From positions 1,376,001 to 1,440,000 of the forward strand of contig CM000152.2 in NCBI GenBank assembly GCA_000004695.1: a stretch of 64,000 bases of DNA, written 5' to 3'. Shown here in pieces: positions 13,108-26,800 of the stretch; position 1 is the stretch's first letter, and every line of letters starts with the position of its first letter. The translations under genes were made by a program, and so were the position numbers. The DNA comes from Dictyostelium discoideum. Taxonomy: Eukaryota. Below the pieces are notes generated by a model that ran no database searches, was not told where the DNA came from, and worked only from the letters and a program-made list of their open reading frames with translations.

Positions 13108-15685
13108 ATGTCAAGTGGTGATAGTAATTTAAAGAGAAGAAGAGGAGGAAATACTGGTCAATCATCAAAATCATATAATACATGGACTGATTATGAAGAA
13201 GATTTAGAAGAATCTGGTGAATTTAATCAATGTATGTTTTATTTTAATTATTTTAATTTTTTATTTTTTTTTTCATAAATTATAAAATAAAATAATAAAA
13301 TAATAAAATAAAATAAAACTATATAAGAAAAAAAATAAATTTTTTTAATAAATTATTAATAAAATTATTATAATAATAATTTTTATTTTTTTATTTTTTT
13401 TTTTAGCAATAAAAAAAACAACAAATACATCAAGTGCAACATTAACATCATCAGAAGAAAAAGGATCACTTTTAGATTATTCAAAGAGGTGTATATTAAA
13501 ACAAGATAATAAATCAAGACCAATTTGGGTTTGTCCAGATGGTCATATATTTTTAGAGACATTTTCAGCAATTTATAAACAAGCATCAGATTTTTTAGTT
13601 GCAATTGCAGAACCAGTTTGTAGACCACAAAATATACATGAATATCAATTAACACCTTATTCATTGTATGCAGCGGTCTCTGTTGGATTAGAAACCAATG
13701 ATATTATTACAGTTTTAGGGAGATTATCAAAATTAGCACTACCAAAAGAGGTTGAACAATTTGTTAGACAATGTACACAAAGTTATGGTAAAGTGAAGTT
13801 AGTATTACAAAAGAATAAATATTTTGTGGAATCTGCATACCCAGAGGTATTGGAATTCCTCTTGAAAGATTCATCAATTGCAACAGCAAGAATAAAACCA
13901 ACATTGGAAGAATCTGTGGTGGATCCAAAAACTGGTTTCATCATTAATAAAGAGGTTGTTACAGGTGCACAGATTTCAGGTGGTTTACAAGCGAATCAAT
14001 CATTGGATCCAGTTTTAAAGAATGATGCACTCTCTAATCTATTGGAGGAGGAGGAAGAGGATACAGTAAATAATTCAGATCAACATTTTCATTCATTTGA
14101 AATTGATCCACAACAAGTGGAAGAAGTGAAAAAACGTTGTATTCAATTGGATTATCCAGTGTTGGAAGAATATGATTTTCGTAATGATACAGTGAATCCA
14201 AATTTAAATATAGATTTAAAGCCAACAACAATGATTCGTCCATATCAAGAGAAATCTTTATCGAAAATGTTTGGTAATGGTCGTGCTCGTTCTGGTATTA
14301 TTGTATTGCCATGTGGTGCTGGTAAATCACTAAGTGGTATTACTGCAGCATGTACAGTGAAAAAGAGTATTCTGGTGTTGTGTACAAGTGCAGTGTCGGT
14401 GGAACAATGGAAATATCAATTTAAACTTTGGAGTAATATAGAGGAGAGACAAATTTCAAAATTCACAAGTGACAATAAGGAAAAGATTAGTAATGTTGCA
14501 GGTGTTACCATTACCACCTATACAATGGTTGCATTTGGTGGTAGACGTTCAGCAGAATCGTTAAAGATTATGAATGAAATTACCAATAGGGAATGGGGTT
14601 TGGTATTATTGGACGAGGTACATGTAGTACCAGCAGCAATGTTTAGAAAGGTTTTAACAGTGACAAAAGCCCATTGTAAATTGGGTTTAACAGCAACATT
14701 GTTACGTGAAGATGAAAAGATTCAAGATTTGAATTTCCTTATTGGTCCAAAACTTTATGAGGCAAATTGGTTGGATTTACAAAAAGCAGGTTTCCTTGCA
14801 AATGTTTCATGTTCAGAAGTTTGGTGTCCAATGACAGCGGAATTTTATAAAGAATATTTAATCAATGATTCTCAAGGAAAGAAGAAACTTCTATATACAA
14901 TGAATCCAAATAAATTCCGTGCTTGTGAATATTTAATTAGATTCCATGAACAAAGAGGTGATAAGATCATTGTTTTCTCTGATAATGTTTATGCACTTCA
15001 AAAGTATGCCAAAGGATTGGGTAGATATTTCATTTATGGACCAACATCAGGCCATGAAAGAATGAGTATTCTCTCGAAATTTCAACATGATCCAACCGTA
15101 AGAACCATTTTCATTTCAAAGGTTGGTGATACCTCTATCGATATTCCAGAGGCAACCGTTATCATTCAAGTTTCATCACATTATGGTTCACGTCGTCAAG
15201 AGGCACAACGTTTAGGTCGTATTCTTCGTCCAAAACCAAAATCTGATGGTCTTTACAATGCTTTCTTTTATTCTTTGGTTTCAAAAGATACTCAAGAAAT
15301 GTATTACAGTACAAAGAGACAACAGTTTTTAATTGATCAAGGTTATAGTTTTAAGGTCATTTCAGAGTTACCTGGTATTGATCAAGAAGTAAACTTAAAA
15401 TATTCTTCAAAACAAGATCAACTCGATCTATTGGCTCAAGTATTGGGTGAAGGTGAAGATAGTGGTAAAAATGAAATTTTAGAAGAAGATTTCGATGATA
15501 TTACTCGTGGTGCAAAGAAATCAAAATCTTCTGCTCCAACAGTTTCAAGAACTACTGGTGGTTCAACTAGAGCATTATCTGGTGGTAATGATATGAACTA
15601 TATGGAATATCAAGCTCCTGCAATTTATAAAAGTATTCCAACTCAACATGCATTATTTAAACAACGTGCTAAAAATAAACAATAA
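13108..15685 (+). CDS. repB: TFIIH helicase XPB/ERCC3, 2 exons (13108..13231, 13407..15685)
   Basis: Exon 1 is [14 protein letters not shown]...EFNQ with a GTATGT donor at 13232. The acceptor is TTTTAG at 13405-13406. Exon 2 reads ..[74 protein letters not shown].., matching XPB residue for residue. It continues with the helicase Walker A (GAGKS), DEVH and downstream SF2 motifs. About 800 aa. Confidence 0.9.
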
Positions 15686-15720
15686 AAAATAAATCAAAAA
15701 AATAAATCAAAAAAATAAAT

Positions 15721-15758
<38 letters not shown>

Positions 15759-16136
15759 AAAAGAAAAACTAAAAAAAAAAAGAAAAAAAAACTAAAAAAA
15801 AAAAAAAGAAAAAAGGAAATTTCCAAAAAAAAAAATCAATTATTTATTTGTATCTTATTTTTCAATCAATATTTTTTTTTTTTTTTTTTAATAATAAATA
15901 AATAATTATTATTTTTTTTTTATTATTTTTTTTTTAAATTAATATTTGTTTTCTTTTTTTCAATTTTTTTCATTTATTTTTGTTAAAAAAAAAAAAATTA
16001 GTAATAAAAAATAATTTCTAAGAATTATTTAAAAAAAAAAAAACATCAATTTTTTTTTAAACTTTTTTTTTTTTTTTATTAAAAAACACTCGTTTTTGAT
16101 TTTTTTTTTTTTTTTTTTTTTACCTCCCACCAGAAA

Positions 16137-18101
16137 ATGGATAACTCCAAATTATTTTTTAAAGTTTGGAAAAATGTTGTAATAAAACAAAGAATATTTT
16201 ATCATACAAGATTATATAATCTACATAGACTTGAAATATTTATTGATAATATTTCTGAACAAGTTCGACCAATAAAATCTTATCCATTCAAACAATACAT
16301 CCAATCAGTTAGTTTAATGATAGTTAATGATAAATCTCTAGTATTATCAATTATCAATGATTTATTAATTTCAACTGATGGTAATTGTAAATTCTCAATA
16401 TTTTTAGATAATGATGAAAGTGATGATGAAAAGAGTGATGACGAAAATGAAAATGAAAATGAAAATGAAAATGAAAATGAAAATGAAAATGAAAATGAAA
16501 ATGAAAATGAAAATGAAAATGAAAATGAAAATGAAAATGAAAATAAAATATCAAATAATATTATAAAAGTTCCAAGTAATTTTAAAAATTTTGTTTCAAC
16601 TTTTTTAAGTGAAAAAGATTTTCAAGTAGAAATTGATAAAACATTACCTTTGATTAAAATTAATAAATTGGATATTCCAGATTCTATTCAAATTAAACCG
16701 ATTAAAACAAATCTTTTCCCAAATGATATAAATTCAATTTCAATGAGTTTTAATTATGAAAAAGAATTAAAAAATTTACCAAAACAATTAAAACAGTTAT
16801 TCCTTTTCAATAGTTTTTCATTGAATAATGAATCTTTACCAGATGGGTTAGAAAAAATTGAATTTTATGGTGAACAAAAGTTTGAATTTAAAAATGGAAT
16901 TCTACCACAATCAGTTAAACATATTGGCTTTTTTAATGGATTGAAACAATTAATATCAAGTGATTGGTTACCACAAAATCTAGAATCAATCACATTCACA
17001 AAACCTTGTAAGTTAAATGAAAATAGTTTATTACCATTAAAAAATTTAAAATCAATTATATTTGGCCCATCATTTTCAGTCAATGAAGTTTTCGATTTTG
17101 AGAATAGAAAAAGCCTAATTCCAAACTCTGTTACAAATTTATCTATAAAATGTCCATTTGATAATTTATTTCCAAATGTTTTTCCAACTGAATTATTAGT
17201 TTTAAAAACATATCCCAAAGGAGGACCCAGAGCTACTGCCACTGCTAATAATGGTGACAACAACAATAATAATAATAATAATAATAAAAAAGAAATATTA
17301 ACAATTGAAAGTGATGTATTACCTAAAAAATTAATATCATTTACAATGGGACCAAATCAATATTTTAAATCCACAAATTCAATTCCACCAAGTTTAATTA
17401 AAATACATGGTATTAATTCTTTGGAACAATTAAATTTATTACCAAATAGTGTGGTTAATATTTCTTTATCCCGTCAAATACAAAATTTTAAAGCTGGTGA
17501 TATTCCATCACATATTCAAAAATTAAAAATTTTAACAAAAAATGATGGTATATTACAAAAAGGTATATTAAATGATTGTTTATCATTAAAATCTTTAAAC
17601 CTCATTCCAAATATAAAATATATTGAGATTGGAGCATTGCCACCAAAAATAGAGCAATTGGAAATCGGATTTTCTAATGACAAGCAATCACTTTCTTCAC
17701 AACATTCATTACCAGATTCATTGAAAATATTAATTTTAAGAGATGGATCATTTCCAAATAATTTATTTGAAACACCATTTAAAAATTTGGTAGCTTTAAA
17801 AATACATTCACTTTTAACTAAACCATTTCAATTTACTTGCCTTCCTCAATCATTAATGGTTTTAGATATTTCTACTCACAATCCAATTAAATGTAGTGAG
17901 CTTCCAATATCAATCAAATATTTAGTGGCTAGAGGAAATGGAGCACTTTTATTACCACTCCCACCATCTTTAAAATTAATTTTTGTTAATAGTTCTTTTC
18001 TTTATTTAAATAATCAACCAAAAATAGTTGAAACTATATTAAAAACTTTAAATTTTGCTCAAATGACAAAAATATTTGAAAAATTAATAAAATCTCTTTA
18101 A
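16137..18101 (+). CDS. FNIP-repeat-containing protein
   Basis: A single 654-aa ORF. It has repeated LPxSLxxLxFG..FNQ/FKNGxLPxSVK modules, the Dictyostelium-type FNIP repeat, and an (EN)17 tract encoded by (GAAAAT)n. Confidence 0.75.
   Translation: MDNSKLFFKVWKNVVIKQRIFYHTRLYNLHRLEIFIDNISEQVRPIKSYPFKQYIQSVSLMIVNDKSLVLSIINDLLISTDGNCKFSIFLDNDESDDEKSDDENENENENENENENENENENENENENENENENENKISNNIIKVPSNFKNFVSTFLSEKDFQVEIDKTLPLIKINKLDIPDSIQIKPIKTNLFPNDINSISMSFNYEKELKNLPKQLKQLFLFNSFSLNNESLPDGLEKIEFYGEQKFEFKNGILPQSVKHIGFFNGLKQLISSDWLPQNLESITFTKPCKLNENSLLPLKNLKSIIFGPSFSVNEVFDFENRKSLIPNSVTNLSIKCPFDNLFPNVFPTELLVLKTYPKGGPRATATANNGDNNNNNNNNNKKEILTIESDVLPKKLISFTMGPNQYFKSTNSIPPSLIKIHGINSLEQLNLLPNSVVNISLSRQIQNFKAGDIPSHIQKLKILTKNDGILQKGILNDCLSLKSLNLIPNIKYIEIGALPPKIEQLEIGFSNDKQSLSSQHSLPDSLKILILRDGSFPNNLFETPFKNLVALKIHSLLTKPFQFTCLPQSLMVLDISTHNPIKCSELPISIKYLVARGNGALLLPLPPSLKLIFVNSSFLYLNNQPKIVETILKTLNFAQMTKIFEKLIKSL
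16443..16544. repeat. (GAAAAT)17 coding (EN)n
   Basis: Read directly, inside the FNIP gene. Confidence 0.9.
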
Positions 18102-18182
18102 AATTATGTTAAAAAAATTTGTTTTTTTTTTTTTTATTGATACAAAAAATTTAAGGATAATTTTAAAAAATTTTATTTTATT

Positions 18183-18705
18183 TTATTTTCCATTGTAAAC
18201 TCTTAAGATGTATTTGATTCTGACTTGTTCAATTTTATAGACAATGAATTCATTGTGAGTACATGCTTTTGTTTAGAAAAAAAAAAAAAAAAAAGAAAGG
18301 AAAAGAAAAAAAAAAAAAAAAAGAAAGGAAAGAAAAAAAAAAAAAAAAAAAAAAAGTAAGTAAATTAGAGAATGAAATGATTAAAAAATATTTTAAAAAT
18401 GTAAACTTACAAGTTGAGAGACCAGTCTTTGAAATTTTACCTAATGGTACTACTAAACCATCAGAATCAGAAAGAGGATGATTACCATCTTTGTGAGGAG
18501 CAGCCATACCTAAAGCTTTTGTACTATGGAATGGATGTGGTGCCTCTTCCATATAGGTATCATGTTTCAATTCATTCATGTCACCAAGTGAAACTTCACA
18601 TAATAACATAAGTGCAGTTGGACAATCACTTGATGTGAAACAATAGCTGAATGATTTACTGTAATAAAAATAAAAAAATAAAGGTAAATAATTTGATAAT
18701 AATAA

Positions 18706-18804
<99 letters not shown>

Positions 18805-19481
18805 TAAAAAATAATAATAATAGTAATAATAAATAAATAAATAAATTACACTTACCTAATACAATCAGCAAAATAAATACCTTTACCAAATCTGTAACCA
18901 GTTTTTGGAGCAGATGGTGGAGCAATTCTTAATCCCTGCGAGACAATCGATACGAAATTAGTTAACCTACTACCATGCCATAAGAGTAATCTATTCTTAT
19001 CTTTTGCCCAAGGAGTGAAACGTTCACTTTCATTCTCTCTCTCAAGTGAAAGAATATCTTGAACACAGATATTGGTTCTAAATTGTTTATCTTGACTATT
19101 GGCAACATAATCTACCAAGGTTTTATAAACTACACTATCTTTATCAAGTGGAGTGAGTTTGGTTTTGAGTGTAATATATTGATTTTCAATCATGTTACCC
19201 TCGAGTGATTCAGTTTGCTTCTTAAGATTAGCGGCAATATCAACATCGATAAGAGTTTCAACCAATTGCATCTTGGCTTTAATTAGGTCGACTGTATCAA
19301 TTAATGGTGCAGTTTGATTACCAAAGTTATGAGGGATCAAAGTATAAAATCTAGTTGCACAATCTAAAAGTAAATTACGACTTGGATTAGCTGTGTTTAA
19401 AATGTCTTGAATTTCTGATAAAACCTTTTTAATAATAATAATAATAAAAATAGTTGGTAAATTTAAAATTATATTCAAAAT

Positions 19482-19512
<31 letters not shown>

Positions 19513-21588
19513 CTTACTTTATAACCTTCAATTAATTGTGATTTTTTAATTTTACCTAATGGCATTTTTTCAGTATCAACATTCATAGATTGTAATTGTT
19601 TTTTCATCATTTCAGGATCAAACATTAATTTAACTAAATCTAAAACTCTTTGTGGTAAACCTTCTTTCTTTGGTTCAATTTCTTGAGAGGTTGAAGTTGT
19701 TGTTGTTTCAGATTTCTTTCTCTTTAATACAGTTTCAACCAAGTTTTCTTCTTCCTCTTCATCATTACCATCATCTAAACTAATCATATAGTATTTACGT
19801 GGTAATTTTTTGAATTTATAACGATCTTCCCATTTTTGAGCAGTAAAGTATTCAAAACGCTCAGCAAACTCTGAAAGAGCAGACTCGTAAGAGGAGTAGG
19901 TTGTATCTTTTTGACCACCAATTTGATTGACACCAACACGACCCCATCTTAAATAGACGGTATATCTTTCTTTGCCTCTTTGTTTTAACATTTGAATTTG
20001 GTAGAATCTATTAGAGTTACTTTCAATATCCAAACTATTGAGCATAACATTCATTGCAGTATAGCCATATTTTTCATCATGATGAACATAGATTTCATAG
20101 CCACCATAATTAAAATCGTCATTAACTTTAAGAATGTTTGATCCTGGTTTTGGTTCTTTCTTTGGTACAATGGTTGGTTCTAACTCTCTCTTTTTGGATG
20201 AGGTGGTAGTGGTAGTGGTGGTTTGTCTTTTAACGACTTCAACTGGTTTGAAATATTTTTCAGTGAATAATAAAACATCATCAGCTAATTGAGATGGTGC
20301 AATAATAAATGGTTTTGAAACTAAAGTTTTTCTTAATTCAACACCTTTACCAGTTCTATTACATAAATCTTGAATCCAAGATGGTGGGAAAATTGGAATA
20401 TTATCAATAGCATTTTGAACCTTTTTAGTTTTTTTAGCCTTATTAACTTCCTCTTCACTTGAAATCATTAAAGTTGCATTTAATGGATCTTCAACAACTT
20501 CACCACCATGAGATTGAACTAAAGTTTTAATTTTCGTTGGGGCAATACCTAATACTTTTTCTGCACCAGCAATTGCAACTACCATATTAACACATTCATT
20601 ACCAACTGCTACTTCATCTTCATCTCTATTTGGATCTAAAGAAGATGTATCTTGAGTTTGTGCTTCTCCACTTGCATTTTCTTCAGTTTGTTGTTCCTTA
20701 TCTTGCTCTTGTTCCTCCTCTTCTTCTTCTTCCTCTTCTTCTTCACCAGCATCAGTATATTTTGTAGTTGATTTTGGATAATCTTTTGAATATTTAAAAG
20801 TTGAAAGGAATTTATTTTTTGAAAGATCATCAGGAAATTGAACAGCCCATCTTTCAATTGAATCACCTTTCCAATCACATTTTGTGAAACCTGAAATCCA
20901 ACCTTTACATTGATATTCGATACCATTGAAAAGTATATCGAAATTCTTACAAGTTGGACATCTACCTGGACGACCTTTTAACATCCAATCAGAGAGAGTA
21001 TGAAGTAAATGAACTGGTGATACCTTATCAACATAACCTTTATTATATTGAATGATGTTTTTAATTGCTGGTCCCTTCAAGTTATCGGCAATACTATCTT
21101 TAACTTCCCATAATGCCTTTAAATATTTCTCTCTTTGTACCTCTGATGCTGATTTTGGATCATACTTTTCAGATGAAAAATAAGTTGTTTTAATTGATAA
21201 TTGGTCTTCCCAACGAAGGTATTCCCAGTGAATTAAATCTGTAAATGATGGTACTTGTGGACATTTACATTTTAAATGATGCCATGATACATCCCTAATA
21301 ATAATAAAAAAAAAAATAAAAAAAAAAAAAAAATAAAAAAAAAATAATAATAATAAATAGTTAGTATAAAATAAAATAGGTTTTAAAAATTATCATATAA
21401 TATAAATGAATGATATCATTTGATAATTAAATAATATTAAATACAAACATTCCATCAAAGTGTTTTGATTTTGTTTTATAACCAATACGAACTGCTTCTT
21501 TATTAATACCTCTTTGACAGGTTGAACATGTTGATCTATCACTCTTTGCATATTCAATCTCATAAGGAGATGTATTTTTTGTTGCCAT
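18183..21588 (-). CDS. Poly(ADP-ribose) polymerase, PARP1-like, 5 exons (21588..21449, 21294..19518, 19424..18856, 18658..18411, 18265..18183)
   Basis: Exon 1 is MATKNTSPYEIEYAKSDRSTCSTCQRGINKEAVRIGYKTKSKHFDG(M), the first PARP zinc finger. Exon 2 continues DVSWHHLKCKCP.., then the second finger region, a BRCT-like segment, WGR (YTVYLRWGRVG), and the regulatory and catalytic domains (LLWHGSRLTNFVSIVSQGLRIAPP...GYRFGKGIYFAD). Downstream exons give ..SKSFSYCFTSSDCPTALMLLCEVSLGDMNELKH.. and ..SCTHNEFIVYKIEQVRIKYIL... All junctions are GTAAGT/AG or GTTTGT/AG. A 93-nt phase-0 intron (19517..19425) is read through in frame by ORF 18852..21080 as ..YKVSFFFFFFFFLIIL..IIIIIKKVLSE... Confidence 0.85.
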
Positions 21589-22093
21589 TTTTCTTTTGCT
21601 ATTAACAATGATTAAAAAAAAAAAAATAAAGAAAAAAAAAAAAAAAATTATTTTTTTTGTTTTTTTTTTTTTCAAATTTCAAAAAAATAAAATAATAATA
21701 AAAAAAAAAAAAGATATTTCTCCGAATTTTAAGATTTCAAAAATTGTCATTATTTAAAGATATTTTTTTTTTTTTTTTTTTCAAGTAAAAAAAACTTTTT
21801 TTTTTTTTTATTTTTAATTATTATTGTTCAAAAACATCTAAAAATTTCTTAATGTACAATAAAAAAAAACTTTTTTTAATTTTTTATTAATTTATTTATA
21901 ATTTAATCATATTTTGGCATTAAATTATTTTACATTTTTTTTTTTTTTTTTTTTAATTATTTTTTATAAAAAAAAGAAACTAACCAACTGAAATGAATTT
22001 CTATAATTATTTGATATTTTTCAATTTTCCTCATCTCTATTGGATCTAATAAATTATTTTGGAAATAATGAATACCATTCTTTGACATAACTT

Positions 22094-22639
22094 TTAAAAT
22101 TGGTAAATCAGTTTCAGTGAACTATTCCTTTGGAATGTTTGATTAAAATATGTTAATTCTATACCCTCTTCTAATAAAATTCTCACTGTACACGAACAGG
22201 TACCATTATATTTCCTAATTCTTAATTCTTTTCCTTTTTGAAATGTATAAATTTTTATTTTATGTGAATTAATTTGAGTGGGAATTAAAATTAAATTAAT
22301 TTCATTCTCAGCTATAGCTAAAAAATTATCATTTGAAACATCTTGAATTTCAATTTTATCATTTATAGATAAATCAATTAAATATTCACCTTTTTCAGTA
22401 TTTTTAATTGGACATTTAAAATAATGATATGATTTACATTTTCTAACAATTCCATATTCTTTTTCACCAATATTCTTTAATATTCTATTATTTCTATATA
22501 ATATATATGGTACTATTAAAAAAATTAATAAAACAAATATAAATAGTATTAAAATGTAAAATAAAAATGGTACTAATAATATCAATATTAATAATATTGA
22601 TAACACAATTATTAATCTAAGTGTTATTCCATTTATCAA
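22094..22639 (-). CDS. Hypothetical membrane protein (probable exon; the 5' exon or exons are unresolved)
   Basis: The 181-aa ORF has a hydrophobic N-terminal segment. Its first residue is a TTG, and the frame stays open upstream with no ATG. An adjacent open frame at 22640..22800 has no start. This suggests an upstream exon, but no consistent splice could be derived. Confidence 0.35.
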   Translation of the reverse strand: MINGITLRLIIVLSILLILILLVPFLFYILILFIFVLLIFLIVPYILYRNNRILKNIGEKEYGIVRKCKSYHYFKCPIKNTEKGEYLIDLSINDKIEIQDVSNDNFLAIAENEINLILIPTQINSHKIKIYTFQKGKELRIRKYNGTCSCTVRILLEEGIELTYFNQTFQRNSSLKLIYQF

Positions 22640-23102
22640 TGATTTCTTTTTCTAGTGTTGGAGCTACACTTGGTTCAATAATTAAATAATCATAAACTTT
22701 TCTACAACATTGATTTTTAGCTTCTTCTAAATTTATAAACCAATCTGATTTTATTGCTTTTATTGGTAAATTTCCAATTTCTAAACTAAATTTACCTTAA
22801 TATTTTTTTTTTCAAAAATTTAAAAAAAATAAATAATTAAGTAAATTTAAACAAAAAAAAAAAAAAAATAATTCAATCATATCATTATCATGTAAAAAAT
22901 TTCTTTCCTTTGATTTATTTTTTCTTCTTTTTCTATTATATTTAAGAATTATTTTAAATAATGAATTTTTCTTTCAATTACAAGATTGTTTAATAGTTTT
23001 TTGAAGTCCATAATTAAAAAATGAGATGTTATATATATAGTAATAGGTTTTTTTTACATTTACCACAATAAATTTGTAATTACAAATTTTAATTTTTTTT
23101 TT

Positions 23103-23144
<42 letters not shown>

Positions 23145-23680
23145 TTACACACAATGCGATAATTCAAAGTCCAAAAAAAAAAAAAATTCAAAAAATAATC
23201 ATATAAATATAAAAATTAAATATAGTTATCAATGTTTAATTTGGAATTTAATAATGGAACCACCAACTGTTATTAACTGTCCTCTGTTCTTTTGAGTGTG
23301 AAAATAAATGAAAATCTTTTTTTGATGTTTTTGGAAATAATGTTGTGATTTTTTTTTTTTTTTTAATTAATTTAAAAACGATATGCAATTCACGAGACAT
23401 TTTAGATATTTTCTGAAAAAAAATATCAACCGAAAATTAATCAATTTTTTTTTTTTTTTTTTTGTTTTTTTTTTGAAAAAAAAAATACACATCTAGATCA
23501 AAATAAAAAAGATTGGTTGCCGAAACTTTTTTTCTTTTTTTTTTAAAACAGATATTTTACACTGAGTTTTTTTTAAAAATTCGAAAAAAAATCAAAATAA
23601 ATCAGTTTTTTTTATTTTTTTCTTTTTTTTTTTATTTATTATTTTTTTTTTTTTTTTTTTTTCAACCATTATTTTTAAAA

Positions 23681-23866
<186 letters not shown>

Positions 23867-23876
23867 TAATAAAATA

Positions 23877-26800
23877 ATGAAAATAATAAATTTAATAATA
23901 TTATTTTTTATATTTTTTATAAATTTAATAAATTGCCAGTTTGAATATGATGGTATTAAAATTTATGATTTAACAGAAAAACAAACTTTAACAAATTATA
24001 AGAGTATACTAAATGTGGGATATTATTGTGGTTTTTATTTAAATTTATTAATCGTAGATGAAAGAGTTGATCAAAGTTTTTATGAAGCAACTTTTTCTTA
24101 TAGTAATTTAGAGGTAATGGTTAACAGTTATAATGTACTTTATGAAAATTCAACATCAAAATTATATCAAGTATTTATTCTTTCCTCGAAAATTGGTATT
24201 ATAGAATCATTATCATTACAAACTTTAATTGATGGTACAATACAATTTCAATATCCATTGGAAAATAATTTAACATGTATTGAAATTGATGTGGATAATT
24301 TAAATATAACAGTACTTCAAAATAATAATAATTTCGATTGGAATGCCTTTCAATCATTCTATGCATTCATTAAAATCCAAGGTTTAATATATCCAGTAGA
24401 AATTGTAATTGGTAATCCATTTTATATAGAACATATTTATAGTGATGTTTATAAAGTTACATTTTCAGAATATACTGGTATAGATTTAATTAAAGATGAT
24501 TTATATAAAGATTGGAATATTTCATTATTTTTCACTTTTGATCAAGTTGAACCAATAAATGTTTATATTCCATCATTCTATGGTAGTAATAATAATAATA
24601 ATATAAATCAAAATCAAATATTAAATTTTGAAACATTTCCAAAAGATACTTTAAATGTCATACAATGTATGGGTGAAAGGTATGGACCATTATTCAAGTT
24701 TACTTTAACTTCTCCAAATATAAAGAGACCATTACAATTTATAGATCAAAATTTTGCTTATCCAAATTTAATATCATCATTGGGTGGTGATAATTATTTT
24801 CAATATATTGGTTATTTCAATACTATGTATGCAAATTATATTTCAGCTACAAATTATACATTTAAAGTTCAAAATAATGATAAAATCCAAGATTTCAATA
24901 CAACTCCTTTAATGATTAAAGATAAATTTACTGGATCTACTAGTTTTCCAATGCATATAGATCCTCCAACTTATTTTATAAATGGACCAAATCTTTTAGT
25001 GGTTTCTATTAATGGTATAAATACAGCACAATATGGTTTGGGATTATTTCATTATCAATATGCTGAAAAAGATATTTACCCAAATGCACCATTTGGTTTT
25101 TCACTTGGTAATAATTTAAATTTTAATTATAATGTATCTTTACCATTCAATTATTTAACTGTATTAAATGACTTTCATCCAAATCTAATATTTCAAGAAT
25201 ATTCAAATTTACAAACTTCAATTGAAGTTTATGATCTTCAAAGAAGAAGTAAATATTATATTTAAACTTTATTTGTATATACATATTACAACAAATTGAA
25301 TATCAAATAACATAACAATATTAATAATTATTAATTTTATTTAAATATCTATAGATTTAACTCTTAAAATTCAATCAATTGATTCTTTAGAACTTATTCA
25401 TTTATATGATTCATTTTTTTTAGTTAGAATTTCTATAATTTCACCAAATGGATTATTTAAAATTGTAATAGATGATAGTATTGAATTTAAATCTTTAGAA
25501 TATTTAGTTTCTGGTACTATATATAATGGAAACTATGAATTTAAAATGAATTTATTTGGATCTTATCTCAAATTTGTTTTATATGATAATGTTGAATTTT
25601 CACAAACTTTTTATGAAGGTGATTATTATTCAATTAATCCTATTAAAAGAATTATTTTACCAGATTTAATTAGTAATGGTAGGTTTTTTTTTAAAAATCT
25701 AATTTATTTTATTAAAAAATTTTTTTTTTTTAATTAACATATTAATCATTATTCAACCCATATATATAGTTAATTTTGATATTTATAAAATTGAAAATTT
25801 TAAATTTTTAAAAATTGATAATCCAATTGATATTACAAATAAATCAATATCAAATAGATTATATTTTAATTATTCAAATATTGATAATGTTAATAGACCA
25901 ATTGGGTTTATATTATTGGATCCATTATCATTTGATACAGTTAATCCATTTTTATCCAATAAAATTTATTATGCGAAATGGGTAAAAGAAATTGGATTAT
26001 TTGTAGTTGATTTTATAATACCTGCAAATACTCAACCAGGTTTATTACCATGGATGTTATATTTTAATTACAATGTTCAATTATTTAGCTCAAATTTACC
26101 ATTGGAAAGTCAATATCAATTGAATGTAACTTCAGACAATGTAGATTTATATGGTCCAATCTTTTCAAAGATTCAAAAATACCCAGGAAATGGTGATTCA
26201 GGTGTTGGCTGGGATATTACAATCTCTGATCCAATTAATGGCTTCACCAATGGATTTATAGTTGTAATGGGGTCAATTGATAATTCAATTTATAATATTT
26301 CAATTGGATCACCAGTTAGAGGTACCCCTGGTATTCAATCATTTGACTATAGTTTAACAATTATTAAACCTGGTGAATCATGTATCAATCAAGATTATGT
26401 TATTACTCAAGTGATTTTATATGATTCTATGGGTGTAAATTCAACATTTTCAATACAAACTCTCTATCCAAATCCTATTAAGAATCCTTTTATAAATTAT
26501 TTAGATGACATTTCAATCAATAGTTTTACTACAACACGTTGTAATTCATTAGATAATACACCACCATCTATTTCAAGTTTTGTAGTTTCAAGAGAATCAA
26601 TTGACCTTTTTCAATCAAATAGAATTGTTGAATTTAATTTTACAATTACAGATGGTGAAAGTGGTATTAAAATAAACTCTCAACATCCAAAAATTTATCT
26701 AACTAGCAAAGATTTAACAATTTTAGAATGTCAAACAAATATTTCAACCATTATAAGTTTATATACTGTTTCCTATTATTGCAGTATTGAATTACCATTT

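Noticed and set aside
8731-16544. Regularly spaced short repeats (GAAAAT)n that might mimic CRISPR
   Set aside because: They are perfect tandem hexamers with no spacers, inside eukaryotic coding sequence, so they are microsatellites. No CRISPR array or cas genes are present.
22640-23050. Candidate 5' exons for the membrane-protein ORF 22094..22639 (open frame 22640..22800; MDFKKLLNNL at about 22990)
   Set aside because: No combination of GT/AG sites gave a consistent reading frame, so this is left unannotated.
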